IMG/VR virus record: IMGVR_UViG_3300037418_000264
Coordinates: 4,297 to 68,296 of that record
Source: a virus
DNA length: 64,000 bases
Reading direction: 5' to 3' (one strand)
This document shows, in pieces, positions 46,277 to 55,119 of this stretch. The position numbers and the translations under genes were made by a program. Under the pieces are notes generated by a model. That model ran no database searches, was not told the DNA's origin, and saw only the letters and a list, made by a program, of their open reading frames with translations. Each line of letters starts with the position of its first letter. Positions within the stretch are counted from its first letter, which is position 1.

Positions 46277-47005
46277 TTACATTCCTTTCCAAACCCAAGA
46301 ATTGTGATTTCCACCACCAAAGTTGACCCTACCATCGTATAGATGCTCAGGATTTGGCAGATAAGTCCTAGTCATGTCGTCTAGACCGTCTTTAAAAGTC
46401 TTTTCCATCGCAGTAGCACCATCGTTGTTCTCTCTGAAGAGGTTCATAATGGCTAGAGCACCATCTACTATGACGTAATCAAACTTACTAGGAATAGTAG
46501 GTTGATCTGTGTAGATCGATAAGTCAGTAGGTGTCGAGTAGTACCGATACTTTACTGTATAAGCTTTGTCTGGAACAGGTGAGATACCGAAGCCAGCACC
46601 ATGAGACGGGAAGACATACTCAGGGGCACGTAAACCAGTTCCGAGGTTGTCGTAGTCTTCGTCCCGAAAGTAACTATACCACTGTTCGCGCTCTATATTG
46701 CGTAGCTGACGATAAGTAACGCCTAGTGTGTCGTCCTTCTGTAGTTGGAAAGAGAGCCAATCGGCTTCTGCGAACTGTGAAGGCCATGCGTATTCATTGA
46801 CGCCGATAGTCAAAAGCTGTGTGTGTTCGACGGCATTAAACGGCCAGTCGTTACGGACACCATTGATACGACGGCAAGTGTCGACGACAGCATCTTTTGC
46901 CAATGCTTGAATATTTGCAGCAGAAGCAAAGTTACTAGCCGTCATCTGAACTTCGTTGACGCGTCGTAGAACTCGGTTTGTTAGATCAAGGAATTGGGTG
47001 GGCAT
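46277..47005 (-). CDS. head-tail adaptor / tail tubular protein A-like
   Basis: FLDLTNRVLRRVNEV, WPF and P.PDKAY.V.Y.YY motifs. Confidence 0.72.
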   Translation of the reverse strand: MPTQFLDLTNRVLRRVNEVQMTASNFASAANIQALAKDAVVDTCRRINGVRNDWPFNAVEHTQLLTIGVNEYAWPSQFAEADWLSFQLQKDDTLGVTYRQLRNIEREQWYSYFRDEDYDNLGTGLRAPEYVFPSHGAGFGISPVPDKAYTVKYRYYSTPTDLSIYTDQPTIPSKFDYVIVDGALAIMNLFRENNDGATAMEKTFKDGLDDMTRTYLPNPEHLYDGRVNFGGGNHNSWVWKGM

Positions 47006-47637
47006 GGGTCTACATCGACTCCGTACGGTGAACCGGCTAAATCTGAGGAAGTTGTGCTATAGAGTGTACCACCAGACCCCATTGTGTAGGTCATTATAGT
47101 ACCGGAAGTAGTTGATGTCGTACTGAATAGAGTACCACCAGAACCAGAGTCAGTCGTATAGGGAGAACCTGTGACGCCAGACGTAAATTCGTAGGGTGAA
47201 ACTATAGGACATGATAGGGTCAGACCAGTAAAGGTGACAGTCGTAGCGCCGAGAAGCTTACCAGTCCCATGTATATTACTAGAACCAGAAAATATGAAGT
47301 TTGCATTCGAACTTATGTTGACGAAAGCATGTAGAAAACCAGTAGCGGTGAAGACTAGAGAACTAGAATTCGATAACTTACCCGTACCACGTATCGTGAC
47401 AGTCGATGAGAAAAGGAATGTCGAGGCATTCGATAACTTACCGGTTGCATGAAGTGTAGTATTCCCTGTAAAAGGGAAAGTCGCAGCATTTACTAGTTTG
47501 CCAGAAGCGTGGTTTGTCACGGCATTGGTAAACGTAAGGCTCGACGCACCGGGTTGGTTTTCCATCAATATACTTCCAGAAGAGTCTTCTAGGAGTATAT
47601 GTCCCGAGCCGTCTTCTAGTAGTATATAATTCGCCAT
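46981..47637 (-). CDS. virion structural protein, putative
   Basis: ILLEDGSG repeats; repeated (A/G)TGKL units; Ser/Thr-rich. Confidence 0.55.
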   Translation of the reverse strand: MANYILLEDGSGHILLEDSSGSILMENQPGASSLTFTNAVTNHASGKLVNAATFPFTGNTTLHATGKLSNASTFLFSSTVTIRGTGKLSNSSSLVFTATGFLHAFVNISSNANFIFSGSSNIHGTGKLLGATTVTFTGLTLSCPIVSPYEFTSGVTGSPYTTDSGSGGTLFSTTSTTSGTIMTYTMGSGGTLYSTTSSDLAGSPYGVDVDPCPPNSLI

Positions 47638-48020
47638 CAGAGAGGTGCCAGTATTACAGTTGGGTCTAGATTAAGGGCTTTTACAAATGCTACGGCATCC
47701 GGATCATCACACTCGACATCTGGTTTGTCGGGGGCGAACCACCTAGCAAATAGAATAGGCTGTGAAGTCAGTCCTTGGTATGCTTGGACCATCATGTTAG
47801 CTGCAATTATACGAGCCATGACAACCGATTTAGGTATTGTTGTCACAGGGGGATTAATAACGACAGGTGGACTTGAGAACACACCATTCGTATAAGTCCC
47901 GCCTATGAAACAAGGCTCGACGGCTTCGACGATAGTCATTTCCGGAAGCGTAAAACTAGTGTCTATCGCTTCAATGATGTTGACAACAGTTCCTGTACTA
48001 TCTATAACTGCTAGACGCAT
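47637..48020 (-). CDS. tail fibre assembly/chaperone-like protein
   Basis: MRLAVID..G.VVNII...IG.TY..G.F..P pattern; follows the Gly-rich fibre gene. Confidence 0.55.
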   Translation of the reverse strand: MRLAVIDSTGTVVNIIEAIDTSFTLPEMTIVEAVEPCFIGGTYTNGVFSSPPVVINPPVTTIPKSVVMARIIAANMMVQAYQGLTSQPILFARWFAPDKPDVECDDPDAVAFVKALNLDPTVILAPL

Positions 48021-49033
48021 TACTTGAACTCCAAAATGAGAACTACGCCAGCGGCACCAGCACCACCTGTACTGTTAGAACCAGCGCCAGCACCACCACC
48101 GCCAGCACCGTAAGCGTTGGCTGCGTTACCAGTCGTGTTGTTGCGGATACCGTCTCCACCTCCACCCCAGAAACTACCACCACCTGTACCTCCTAAGAAG
48201 GAGGTCACCGAGGTAATACCAAGGGCTGGTCCACCGTCAGCACCTGTAATTGCAAGTGTACTTCCGGCTGTCGTAGAACCACCAGAACCACCAGCAGAGC
48301 CTGTACCAGTTCCCGCTAAACCTCCACCGCCACCGGCAGCAGTAATTGTTCCAAGTGATGTCGTACCGCCAGCATTACCAGTACCAGTTGAAACACCAGT
48401 TCCACCAGCACCAATCGTAACTGTCAGAGTACTAGGTGTGATGTAGGCTATATTAGTTGCCCCTGCTCCACCACCACCAGCGGCAGTATTCGAAGCGCCA
48501 CCACCTCCTGCTCCACCACCACCTGTGACGATAGCTAGAGCTTTAGCAGCACCAGCAGTCGGAGTGTAAGTCCCAGAAGCGGTAAAGGCTTGGACACCCA
48601 CTAGGACACCGGCTGTAATACCTCCTGCGATAGCAGTGGTGACAAAAGCTGTCGTTGCGATCTGAGTAGTATTAGTGCCAGCAGTTGCGGTAGGAGCAGC
48701 AGGGGTACCTGTAAAGGTGGGCGAGGCTAGAGGTGCGTAGTTCTGAGTGACACCGTTGATACGACCAAATAGTCCACCAGCTGAAGTCGTCCAAAGATCA
48801 CCGTTGACAGGTGCTGTAGGAGCCGCCCCATGGGGGAGGTTAAAACCAGAGGTGCCAGTTGCAGAAGCTACTGTAGTCAGTAACCCTGTCAAAGTGTCAC
48901 CACTGGTATTGACATATCGTGTATCAAATAGAGCAGTCGTGTATGACTTATTGACGCCTAGGGTTTCTCCTGCGAGAACCATGCTTGTCAAGTCAGAGGC
49001 GACTGTCATCGCAGAGATTTTAGTATCAGCCAT
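48020..49033 (-). CDS. glycine-rich tail fibre-like protein
   Basis: APLASPTFTGTP.APT...NTTQIATTAFV fibre motif; FTASGTYTP and a GGGG-rich C-terminal domain. Confidence 0.75.
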   Translation of the reverse strand: MADTKISAMTVASDLTSMVLAGETLGVNKSYTTALFDTRYVNTSGDTLTGLLTTVASATGTSGFNLPHGAAPTAPVNGDLWTTSAGGLFGRINGVTQNYAPLASPTFTGTPAAPTATAGTNTTQIATTAFVTTAIAGGITAGVLVGVQAFTASGTYTPTAGAAKALAIVTGGGGAGGGGASNTAAGGGGAGATNIAYITPSTLTVTIGAGGTGVSTGTGNAGGTTSLGTITAAGGGGGLAGTGTGSAGGSGGSTTAGSTLAITGADGGPALGITSVTSFLGGTGGGSFWGGGGDGIRNNTTGNAANAYGAGGGGAGAGSNSTGGAGAAGVVLILEFK

Positions 49034-49044
49034 AGTGACTCCAA

Positions 49045-49488
49045 TTAGTCAGCAGTAATAGTCAAATCCCCGGTGTTGTAGTTAGGGGTAATGCCGTTTG
49101 AGACGGCCAAAGATGATGTCAGAGCACCAGAAAATAGAAGAGTACCAGTACCAGAAGATGCAAGACCGACACCAAAGAAGGTCAGAGTGTTAGAGCCACC
49201 GGTACAAAGGGGAAATGTGATGTTAGCTGCGTTAGAAACTGTAGCTGTAGTAGAGCCAGAGACCGTCCAACCACCCGTAGTTCTGGCGACAGAGACACGA
49301 GCGTAGCCTGTATACGTGGCTTCTGAGGATGTCTGGTTACCAGTCTTGGTGGGATCAGCAGTATGTAGGGAGACGTAGAGGACCGTAGCAGGACTTGTCG
49401 CTGTATTATCAGCAATACTGGCCCAGTTGGTCGCATTGAAAATCAGTTTGAGTACGTTGGTATCAAGACCATTAGAGCCAGCAGCCAT
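49045..49488 (-). CDS. phage structural protein (fibre-associated type)
   Basis: LYVSLHTADP...E..YTGYARV...N...ITFP motif. Confidence 0.65.
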   Translation of the reverse strand: MAAGSNGLDTNVLKLIFNATNWASIADNTATSPATVLYVSLHTADPTKTGNQTSSEATYTGYARVSVARTTGGWTVSGSTTATVSNAANITFPLCTGGSNTLTFFGVGLASSGTGTLLFSGALTSSLAVSNGITPNYNTGDLTITAD

Positions 49489-49736
49489 TAGCCAATCTTC
49501 CAGTTAGTACCGTCAGAATAGACGGGGACTTTGTTAGAACCACTACCAGAGACAGTACTAGCAAACGTAGTAGCCGTGGCATCAGAGACGAAAGCACGGG
49601 CACCAGCACCAGCCGTAGCTGCTGAAGGAAGACCCGCTACAGTAGTAGGGATCATAGGCAGATAAGGAAAAGATGTGTCCTTACCAGTACCTTTATTCAG
49701 GACGAGAGCGTCCGTAAAATTGAGACGATTTGACAT
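49488..49736 (-). CDS. small structural protein
   Basis: TVAGLPSA...GARAFVSDA...PVYSDGTNW pattern seen in fibre and decoration modules. Confidence 0.6.
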   Translation of the reverse strand: MSNRLNFTDALVLNKGTGKDTSFPYLPMIPTTVAGLPSAATAGAGARAFVSDATATTFASTVSGSGSNKVPVYSDGTNWKIG

Positions 49737-49745
49737 CAAAGTTCC

Positions 49746-50948
49746 TTAAGTTGTCATTGCTTGCATAGCAGCATCAGAGAATGTTAGATTAGCAGTAATC
49801 TTAAATCTTTCTGTCCAACCATTCAAAGGAATAGTAGCACCGCCGTTATTACCCAGGACAAAGTGTGTAGCTGATGGAGACATCGCACCACCAGTTCTCG
49901 TATAGACCGTGCCGGCGTTGACACATAGTTTCATATTACCGGCAGCATCGAGACTTGCGACGACTTTGTTTAACTGACCGTTTGGTTTCCATTCACCACC
50001 TGTCGTCGGTAAGTTGACGTTTGCCGCGAAATTAACGTTATTGCCCGTTGTCAGCTGACAGTTTGTAACACCATCAGAAATCCACAGACCACCACTGTCA
50101 GTTACATAGTTGTAACCTTGCCAGTAGGCACAGTATGGCCCTTTAATAATAGGATAAAGGGGGCCGGCGTCAGTATTCAACGCCCAAGGAACTTCGTGAA
50201 AGATCGAGCCCGGGTTACTAGAAGTAATAGTTACGAAATGATGACCGGAAATATTGGCACCAGTGATTGTTCCATGACACATAACTAGATCGACAGCGAT
50301 AGCATCACCAGACGTCGCTAGACGAAAACCATACACCGGGTTGGTAACACTAGCTTGTGAGATTACGCAGAGAGCATACGCACCAGAACCGGGAGTAATA
50401 GTCTGCCAAGTAGTCCCACCGTCAAGCGTCATTTGGACTGTGCCTGTACCAGTAACCCGCTTGACCCAAGCTTCTAAGATACGAGTATTCACGGTAGCTG
50501 TGGTCGTTTGAAGCAACGTCGCGTTAGCACCAGCAGCTGTAAGAAGAGTAGCAGCATTGGCTGTACCATCTACACCGGTCTGGGTCTTAGCCGTTGTCAT
50601 CGTAGTGGCTACCCAGACGGCATTCGTCAAGTCACGGTTCCAAAGACCAAGAGTACCGACGTTAGGAAAGCCCGGAGTACCTTTACTAGACCGACGCATA
50701 CCAGCAGCAGCAGTAGAGACCACGCTAATCATACTAGCGTCAGGAATAAAAGCCGCCTGAGAAACACCAGAGTCACGGAAGAAACGCCCATCGTTGCTAT
50801 TGTTTCCGTAAGTCTGGAAACCACCAACTACGACGTTATTGACGAAATCGATATCATAAATAAAGTCTGTAGGGTAGCCGGGTCCATGACCAACACCAGT
50901 CCCTACACTTAAAGAATTTCGAGTTCTAGTATAGGGATTAGTCCACAT
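49746..50948 (-). CDS. putative receptor-binding or head-fibre protein (concanavalin/LamG-like C-terminus)
   Basis: Beta-rich; C-terminal LG......LNG...RF......SDA.MQAMT pattern. Confidence 0.55.
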   Translation of the reverse strand: MWTNPYTRTRNSLSVGTGVGHGPGYPTDFIYDIDFVNNVVVGGFQTYGNNSNDGRFFRDSGVSQAAFIPDASMISVVSTAAAGMRRSSKGTPGFPNVGTLGLWNRDLTNAVWVATTMTTAKTQTGVDGTANAATLLTAAGANATLLQTTTATVNTRILEAWVKRVTGTGTVQMTLDGGTTWQTITPGSGAYALCVISQASVTNPVYGFRLATSGDAIAVDLVMCHGTITGANISGHHFVTITSSNPGSIFHEVPWALNTDAGPLYPIIKGPYCAYWQGYNYVTDSGGLWISDGVTNCQLTTGNNVNFAANVNLPTTGGEWKPNGQLNKVVASLDAAGNMKLCVNAGTVYTRTGGAMSPSATHFVLGNNGGATIPLNGWTERFKITANLTFSDAAMQAMTT

Positions 50949-51244
50949 TAGGTAAACTCCGTCATATTTGCTTGGCCGTTAGCGGATGCCCAGATACCCG
51001 AGACAGCACCAGTAAAACCGTAAGGCACTTCATAATAGCCGTTAGCTGGAATTTGGACTGAGTGGGCAGTTGTTGCAGTTGCTGTACCACCACCTAGTAG
51101 GATATATAGAATAGCCGTACTGGTGTTCTGTATAGCTAGACCACGACGCTGTGCATTAGCAGCAATAAGTGAGACAGAAGAAGCAGACGAGGCGACAGAA
51201 GTCTGTGTCGCAGCATTACTCGTACGAAGTGTAGTTTCAGACAT
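50948..51244 (-). CDS. small beta-rich structural protein
   Basis: AAN..RRGL.IQN.S...LYI.LG pattern. Confidence 0.6.
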   Translation of the reverse strand: MSETTLRTSNAATQTSVASSASSVSLIAANAQRRGLAIQNTSTAILYILLGGGTATATTAHSVQIPANGYYEVPYGFTGAVSGIWASANGQANMTEFT

Positions 51245-51291
51245 CTTGTTTCCTGTTCTGAGAGAATTAGTGGCTACGACTGAGCGTAGCG

Positions 51292-51323
51292 AAAAAGTAC
51301 CTAGGGGTTTTTAGGCCCCTAGG
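51292..51323 (-). terminator. rho-independent terminator after the capsid and decoration genes
   Basis: CCTAGGGG...CCCCTAGG stem with an A-tract on its left, which is a U-tract on the minus strand. Confidence 0.65.
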
Positions 51324-51335
51324 ATTTTAGGTAGA

Positions 51336-51821
51336 TTACGAACCAACCTGTGCGATACCGACGTTGTTACCGAGTGGCGAGACATCCATGATCAGCGCCC
51401 AGACGCGGATAACACCGGTCGAGAGAGTGCCAGTCATAGTGGAGAGAGTCACGTCAACAGAACCAGCGGTAGCACCGAAGTTGTTGTAAGCCGCAACAGC
51501 GGTAGAGTAGGCACCGGCAGCACCACCCTGAATGTCAAAGCCAGAGGCCCAAGCCGAAGCAGAGCCGACATAACCAACACCAATGGTGCAAGTCGTGGAG
51601 TTAACAGGGGTGACGATTGAGGCACCAGCCGCAAGGACAATGCACCCAACCGGGACGTTAAGAGCCTTGATGACGTCTGAGGCAGCAAGGGCAGAGCCCT
51701 TAGCGGTCAGAGCAGCAGCAAAGTCAATCTTAGCATCCAGCATTACTGGCTGGCGGGCGTCGCCGTTGCGCGAGGGGATACCAGAGGTACCCCCAACGAG
51801 TAGTGAAGAAATAGTAGCCAT
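51336..51821 (-). CDS. capsid decoration/cement protein, putative
   Basis: Directly after the major capsid gene; beta-sandwich-like D.I....VP.G..V...G.IRVWA pattern. Confidence 0.65.
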   Translation of the reverse strand: MATISSLLVGGTSGIPSRNGDARQPVMLDAKIDFAAALTAKGSALAASDVIKALNVPVGCIVLAAGASIVTPVNSTTCTIGVGYVGSASAWASGFDIQGGAAGAYSTAVAAYNNFGATAGSVDVTLSTMTGTLSTGVIRVWALIMDVSPLGNNVGIAQVGS

Positions 51822-51851
51822 ATGATCTTAATCCTTTTCTTTAGATTTCTA

Positions 51852-52925
51852 TTAGCCGACGTTCGAGTTCCACCAGACGCGAAGCAGGGCTTCAGGACGG
51901 AGGATTTTACGACCGTAGAGGTTCATACCACGGACGATATCAGCGAAGGAGTTAGGATCACGATACTTTTCCGTCTTGTCGATCTGCTGTGCAGCGGCAA
52001 GAGCCGAGTCCTGACCAGCGAGAATGACACCATAGTTCGAGGTAGAACCAGAAGTAGCAGCAGTGCCGGGACCAGTACCAACCTTTGGAAGGTTGTTTGA
52101 CTCGTAGACACGGAAGCCACGGATATTGGTGTGGATTAGACGGTTAGTGTATAGCTGACCACCAGCATTCTGATTGGTAGCAAAGTCGTTGTTCACGTAC
52201 TTGCTATTCTCATCGAGCAAGAGCTCTTTGAAGACTGGATCAACTACAACCCAACGACCATCTGGATCGACGTTATTGATGTCGAGTAGGCGGTTAAAGC
52301 GGTTAAGCAGCTGTAGCGGAGTGATGTCGAACGTACCAGCAGTACCAATCGCGACCGAAGTCGTAGCACCGCCACCAGAGATAAAGCTGGCGCGGGTCAA
52401 TTTGTTGGCAGAAAGTAGTTCATCAGTACCGGCAAGCGTGTTAGCATTCGTACCCGAAGCAGTGCTGTTGACAGTCCAAAGACCGGTAGTTGCACTGTAG
52501 GTATAACCCGAAGCGTAAGCGAGGACGTTAAGATCGTACTGGTCGGCCATTTTATAGGCGGCACGGTTAGTAGCGAGTTCCATCCAGTTTACATGGGCCT
52601 GCTGAATTTCGATGTCATCCAGTTTGAAGGCAAAGTAGTTCGCCTGATCAACAGTCAGAATGAAATCAGTATCAGTTAGGTCCTGAGGGGTGATCTGCGT
52701 ACCACGACGGTAGGCATTGACCACAATTTCAGGCTCTTTCAGAATACGGACAGAGTCACCGAAGTTAGCAATTTCACCGAAGTATTCCGAGTTCGTAATG
52801 TCCTGCGCGACGGCAGTCTTACGGAAAGCCTTCTGGGCCTTCTTCGAAAAGAGAGTCGGTGAGAATACACCATTGGGTAGGTTGTTGTAGTTAGCCGCTG
52901 TTGGGAAAGTATACGGAGCACTCAT
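51852..52925 (-). CDS. major capsid protein
   Basis: NLPNGVFSP..FSKK.Q.AFRK, ITNSEYFGEIANFGDSVRILKEPEI and RDPNSFADIVRGMNLYGRKILRPEAL, typical of cobavirus-like capsids. Confidence 0.9.
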   Translation of the reverse strand: MSAPYTFPTAANYNNLPNGVFSPTLFSKKAQKAFRKTAVAQDITNSEYFGEIANFGDSVRILKEPEIVVNAYRRGTQITPQDLTDTDFILTVDQANYFAFKLDDIEIQQAHVNWMELATNRAAYKMADQYDLNVLAYASGYTYSATTGLWTVNSTASGTNANTLAGTDELLSANKLTRASFISGGGATTSVAIGTAGTFDITPLQLLNRFNRLLDINNVDPDGRWVVVDPVFKELLLDENSKYVNNDFATNQNAGGQLYTNRLIHTNIRGFRVYESNNLPKVGTGPGTAATSGSTSNYGVILAGQDSALAAAQQIDKTEKYRDPNSFADIVRGMNLYGRKILRPEALLRVWWNSNVG

Positions 52926-53105
52926 AATTAATTATCCTTAGTTTTGTTAATTTTGTCGATGTTTTGACTAATCAAACAAAAGCAAAGAGGCTAATCACAC
53001 AGAGTGTCTAACGGGTAATTATGCCGTTAGGGTCTAGGTCTTAGGTATTCTTTCTTTATGCAGATAGTGTTACGTTGCTTTAAAAGGTGTCTTCGTAGAA
53101 GGGCT

Positions 53106-53906
53106 TTAACGGGCAGCGCCAGAGATGTCATAGAACGCAGGGTTTTTGGCCGCTTCGTCAATTTCATCAGAGAATTTATCGTAGTCTCTCGAAGACAACT
53201 TCTGTACTTTACTCTCGGTCCACTTGAGACTAGTTTCAGTAGAAGGGGCTTCTGAGCGTGAAGGACGTACGGCTTGGGCCGAGGGAGCGACCTCCCGGGT
53301 TGCAGGCTTTGTGACCTTCTTAGTATCAGCCTTGTACAAATCGACAGCGCGAATTGCAGCTAATGCATCTAGACTGTTCCTGTATAGAGCGTCGTAGATG
53401 TACCGTGGCTGTTTTTCAAGCCAATCCTGATATTCCTGAGTCTGTTGGATTTCAGGGAAATCTGAATGGGCTTCAATAAACTGTTTGTATGCGGCTTTCT
53501 CAGCCGACTCCCGTTCTCTTTTCTCGACGGCAACCAGTCGATCGTCGATGTCTTTCTTAGCCTCAGCGGCTGTCTTCATCGCAATCGTCTGAACGATCTT
53601 ACCAACATCAGGGAAACGTTCCAGCCAATCGTTGATTTCATCTTCGGATTTGGGGAACTCAATCTGCTTTGCAGTACTAGCCTGTAGCTGACGTAGAAGG
53701 TCTGCTTTTTCTTTATTCCAATCGTCTTCCTTCTTCTGAAGATGAGAGCGTAGGTCACCATAACGCTTCTTGAACGTCTTTTCTTCTGGCGTCTCTGGCT
53801 CTAGTTCATCTTCGACAGGAACCTGATTGGACTTTTCAATTGCCTCGATTTCATCATCGAGTTCTTTTTCACGAGCAAAGGTACGGTATTTATTTACAGT
53901 ATTCAT
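53106..53906 (-). CDS. capsid scaffolding protein
   Basis: Immediately upstream of the capsid gene; charged and helical; EEKTFKKRYGDLR and C-terminal YDISGAAR. Confidence 0.8.
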   Translation of the reverse strand: MNTVNKYRTFAREKELDDEIEAIEKSNQVPVEDELEPETPEEKTFKKRYGDLRSHLQKKEDDWNKEKADLLRQLQASTAKQIEFPKSEDEINDWLERFPDVGKIVQTIAMKTAAEAKKDIDDRLVAVEKRERESAEKAAYKQFIEAHSDFPEIQQTQEYQDWLEKQPRYIYDALYRNSLDALAAIRAVDLYKADTKKVTKPATREVAPSAQAVRPSRSEAPSTETSLKWTESKVQKLSSRDYDKFSDEIDEAAKNPAFYDISGAAR

Positions 53907-53958
53907 TATTCTTTTCTTTTTAGGGGCCTAGTAGCCATTGAAGGGGGTAGGGTAGTCC

Positions 53959-55119
53959 TTAGTAAGTATCACCACCGGCAGAATATCCACCTCCACCACC
54001 GCCAGTGCCGGGACCGCGCCCGTTAGGAGAACCGGATGAACCGAAACCTCCACCACTGTCGTTAGAAGCGAAGCCGCCACTTCCGTATGAACCGGAGCCG
54101 GGGGCGGCAGTATGAGAACCACCATCACTCCAACTAGAACCACCACCTCCATAAGTACCGGGGCGAGTTCCTGCGTTGGCATCCGCCCATGAGCCACCAT
54201 AAGAAGTAGACATATTGTCTACCGTACTTGTAGAAGATGGGGCAGAAGGGAAGGAGTCTGGTGATGCATAAGTTGGGTTCGATGGAGAGAACATGTTGTC
54301 AAAAAATGACGCGACACTATTCTTAAACCGACCTAACATAGTTGTGTGAGCCGGGCTGTAATCCTGATTATTGAACGCCTGATTATTGGCAGCCAGTTGG
54401 TCAGGTGGTGTAAGTGAGATTTTTTGGTTAGCGAGTGCAGCCCTTGTGACTGCCTCGGCAGGTGTCAGGTTTGTCTGCCCTGTAGGAGAGAGAGCTTCAA
54501 AACCAACATGGTAACTGTTGTCACCAATATTGACGTTGGCAACCTGACCCTGATTACCGTTTAATGCCGCTCCTGCATTATCCATAAAGGATTGGTTGGG
54601 AGCAAGCCCCATCATTGCGCGAGCATCTTGTACGGCATTCATATTGTTTAGATTGACACCTAGGTTAGCTGCTTTAGCGGCCAACCCGATCATGCCCGGA
54701 GCGTATGACGCGTAAGACATCACGTCTGGTTTAGAATAGTAGCCGAAGTTATTGCTGGCATTTCTAGCCATCGCACGACCAGCAGCTGTATCACCACCAA
54801 CCCCACCATCGGCACCCCTCATTCCATTACCACCGAATGAGTTGGGATTTATTACTTTCTGTGCCGTTGTAGGTTTGGGTGGAGTGTTATCCTTTTTAGG
54901 ATTTAACCCCAGATTGTCTAAATTCTGGATGTAAGAACCTTGGTCTTCTATCGTGTAACCATTGGTATTCGATAGAGGGACACCGGTATTCGCATCTACC
55001 ATTACAATCTTGGTAGTACCGTCAGGTTGTTTCTGTAGGACTCTTCGGGCCATCTTCTCGGTAGGAGAAGGAACATTATTGATGGCATTAATGACTGGAT
55101 TTTTAGATTGTGTTGTCAT
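53959..55119 (-). CDS. Gly/Ser/Asn-rich protein, paralogous at its N-terminus to the upstream gene
   Basis: Low-complexity C-terminus; shared RR...G.T.I..VDA...P.....GY...D motif. Confidence 0.65.
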   Translation of the reverse strand: MTTQSKNPVINAINNVPSPTEKMARRVLQKQPDGTTKIVMVDANTGVPLSNTNGYTIEDQGSYIQNLDNLGLNPKKDNTPPKPTTAQKVINPNSFGGNGMRGADGGVGGDTAAGRAMARNASNNFGYYSKPDVMSYASYAPGMIGLAAKAANLGVNLNNMNAVQDARAMMGLAPNQSFMDNAGAALNGNQGQVANVNIGDNSYHVGFEALSPTGQTNLTPAEAVTRAALANQKISLTPPDQLAANNQAFNNQDYSPAHTTMLGRFKNSVASFFDNMFSPSNPTYASPDSFPSAPSSTSTVDNMSTSYGGSWADANAGTRPGTYGGGGSSWSDGGSHTAAPGSGSYGSGGFASNDSGGGFGSSGSPNGRGPGTGGGGGGYSAGGDTY

